This document shows, piece after piece, positions 61,632 to 64,000 of a stretch of DNA of 64,000 bases (position 1 is its first letter; each line of letters starts with the position of its first letter). The notes under the pieces were generated by a model, which saw nothing but the letters and a program-made list of their open reading frames with translations, was not told where the DNA came from and made no database searches. The position numbers and the translations under genes were made by a program. Source of the DNA: Phyllobates terribilis (Eukaryota); the NCBI RefSeq assembly GCF_046119375.1, contig NW_027362769.1, positions 52,762,001 to 52,826,000 on the forward strand. The letters are read 5' to 3'.

Positions 61632-62700
61632 CTAAACCACCGCCGCCTGCAGGACCCTGCGTCCCAAGGCCGCATCGGCGGAAGCACTCACGTCCACTTT
61701 ATAAAATTTTGTAAAAGTGTGAATGGAGCGCCAGGTAGCCGCCCGGCAGAGCTGCGCTGCCAAGGCCCCCTGACGAAAAGCCCACGACGAACCAACAGCT
61801 CTCGTGGAATGAGCTCGAACCTTAACCGGACAAGGCTCGCCCTTGAGCCGGTACGCCTCCAAGATAGCCGAACGTATCCACCGAGCTATAGTGTCCTTGG
61901 AAACCCGCTGACCACGCCGACGACCAGCAGGAATCACAAAAAGAGAGTCCGACTTCCGAAACCCTTGCGTGATTGTAAGATAGAACTTCAATGCCCGCAC
62001 CAAATCCAACGAGTGCAAGGCCCGCTCCTTTGGACTCTTCGGTTTCGGACAGAGGGAGGGCAACACGATGTCCTGATTGACGTGGAAACGCGACACCACT
62101 TTAGGCATAAAATCGCAACGGGTACGAAGCACCATGCGATCTGAGTGGAAATCCAGAAAAGGGGGCGAGCAAGACAGTGCCGCCAACTCAGAAACCCTTC
62201 TCAAAGAGGTGACCGCCACCAGGAAGGCCACCTTCCAAGAAAGCAAGTAAAGCGTAGCTGAATCCATAGGCTCAAACGGCCCATGCTGAAGAGCCTCCAA
62301 GACTAGATTGAGCCGCCAAGGAGCCACAAACGCCCTCCGAGGTGGAAACTGACGTTCAACCCCGCGAAAAAACGAACGCACATCCCTGCGCGAGGCAATA
62401 CCCTTTCGAAAAAGCACGGATAGTGCAGATACCTGACCCCGCAAGGTACCAACCGCCAGACCCTTGGACAAACCACATTGCAGAAAAGCCAAGAAGTTGG
62501 GAATGGAAAAAACCCTCGGGTTCCTTGACGATCCAGAACACCATGAATAGAAGGCCTCCCAAGTTCTGTGATAAATCCTAGTCGTAGCTGGACCTCTGGC
62601 CGCCCGCAAGGTGGCAATGACCTCGGCTGAAAACCCACGACGGGTCAAGATCACGGTCTCAAGTGCCACGCCGTTAAACGAAGTGACTTCAGGTCCGGAT
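61632..62700 (-). CDS. DIRS tyrosine recombinase (C-terminal catalytic region; true start uncertain)
   Basis: SLRRVSEL (R), AHSTRAV (HxxR), ATWRS..TFTKFY (W, Y). Confidence 0.85.
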
Positions 62701-63995
62701 GGCGAATGGGCCCTTGGGTTAACAGGTCCGGGCGAAGAGGCAGTGGAAACGGAGGCGCCGCCAGAAGAGACACCAGCGTTGAATACCACGCCCTCCACGG
62801 CCAATCCGGCGCCACCAAAATCGCCGAAATTCGTTTGAGTTTGATCCGCCGGATCACCAGAGGAAGTAAGGATACCGGCGGAAACACGTAGATCAGCTCG
62901 AACTGGTCCCACGGGGCCACTAGAGCATCTACCGCCACAGCCTTCGAGTCCCTGTACCTGGACATGAACGTCGGAATCCTGGCGTTCAGCGTGGATGCCA
63001 TCAAGTCCACTTGGGGAGTCCCCCAGTGGGAGCACAGCAGTGCAAAAACTTCCGGATGAAGACTCCATTCTCCGGGATCCACCTGCTCGCGACTGAGGAA
63101 GTCTGCCGTGATATTCAGCACTCCTGGGATGTGAATCGCGGAGATGGCTGGAACCCTGGACTCGGCCCATACCAGGATCCGAGAGACCTCCATCATGAGT
63201 CTGGAACTCCTCGACCCGCCCTGATGGTTGATATACCAGCAGACCGCTCAAAGGGACCGTCCAATGTCGGAGGCAGAGAAATATCGCTCTGAACTCCAGG
63301 ATGTTGATCGGCAGAGACGACTCATCTGACGACCAGACCCCCTGAACCCAGAGATCGTTCCAAACCCCACCCCCCCAGCCAGTCAGGCCGGCATCGGTGG
63401 TAATGACCGACCACCATGGGAGGAGGAAGGATTTCCCCAGGGATAAAGCCTCCGGATGTAACCACCATCCAAGAGACTCTCGCACCCTGCGGGAGATACC
63501 GACACAGCGATCCAGCGAAGCCGGCGATCGATCCTAATGGGTCAGAATAAGATCTTGGAGACCCCGGGAATGAAATTGTGCAAACGGTACCGCTTCCATT
63601 GCCGCCACCATCAGACCCAGAAGGCGCATACACTTCCGAAGGGACATCGCCATCGCCGACATCATAGCCTGGACGTGGTGACGAAGGTTCGCTTGTTTGT
63701 TCGGAGGCAGGGACACCACTGCCCGTACCGTGTCGAAATGCATCCCCAAGAACAGGATTGACTGCGACGGCTCCAATGACAACTTCTTCCAATTGACCAG
63801 CCACCCGAAGTCCTCCAGGTGCTGAAGGGAGAGATAGCGAGCTGTCACCGCCTCCTCCGCTGTGGGCGACACAATTAACAGGTCGTCCAGGTAGGGGAGA
63901 ATCGTAACTCCTTGCCTTCGAAGGAGCGCCATGAGCGGCGCCAGAATCTTTGTAAAAACCCTGGACGCCAAGGCCAACCCGAATGGTAGGGCCAC
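62651..63995 (-). pseudogene. DIRS pol (RT - RNase H - methyltransferase-like), disrupted
   Basis: LPFGL..YLDDLL (63534-63995). In-frame TAG at 63534-63536, then ITTDAGLTGWG and INILEFRAI. A deletion near 63240 removes the expected SDN motif and shifts frame. HIPGVLNITADFLSR and DLMAS..FPP..APDWP in 62651-63196. Confidence 0.9.
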
Positions 63996-64000
63996 AAACT

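Larger units (their letters stand above)
60971..64000 (-). mobile_element. DIRS1-like tyrosine-recombinase retrotransposon (3' part, defective), inserted in the A-tract of a T2-type MITE
   Basis: Terminal repeat 60971-61033 is the reverse complement of the internal complementary region 61411-61469, followed by a direct repeat 61470-61519. RT, RNase H and YR domains present. Confidence 0.95.

Overview
Eukaryotic genomic DNA, most likely from a frog or toad (inferred from T2/Kolobok-type TTAA MITEs and the Tc1, hAT, DIRS and Penelope repertoire). Most of the window is nested transposable elements. The only host-gene sequence I recognise is the last coding exon of an ICA1-like gene (ica1l, minus strand, 60322-60437). 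Main contents: (1) a very young Penelope-like retroelement (24499-29990) with an intact RT + GIY-YIG ORF, a separate upstream ORF, near-identical terminal repeats and a hammerhead ribozyme in each repeat. (2) Four further hammerhead motifs in other Penelope-type remnants, including U3-A8 and A3-U8 core covariants; one of these lies in a 246-bp TSD-flanked mini-element. (3) A non-autonomous Helitron filled with CCAAT/TTTAAA hairpin repeats. (4) An apparently intact DD34E Tc1 transposon inside a multi-level nest. (5) A near-intact hAT transposase, a defective DIRS element, an L1 fragment, solo LTRs, many MITEs and minisatellites. No prokaryotic genes, rRNA/tRNA or CRISPR arrays are supported. 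Everything was read by eye; family names come from recalled motifs, not database searches.
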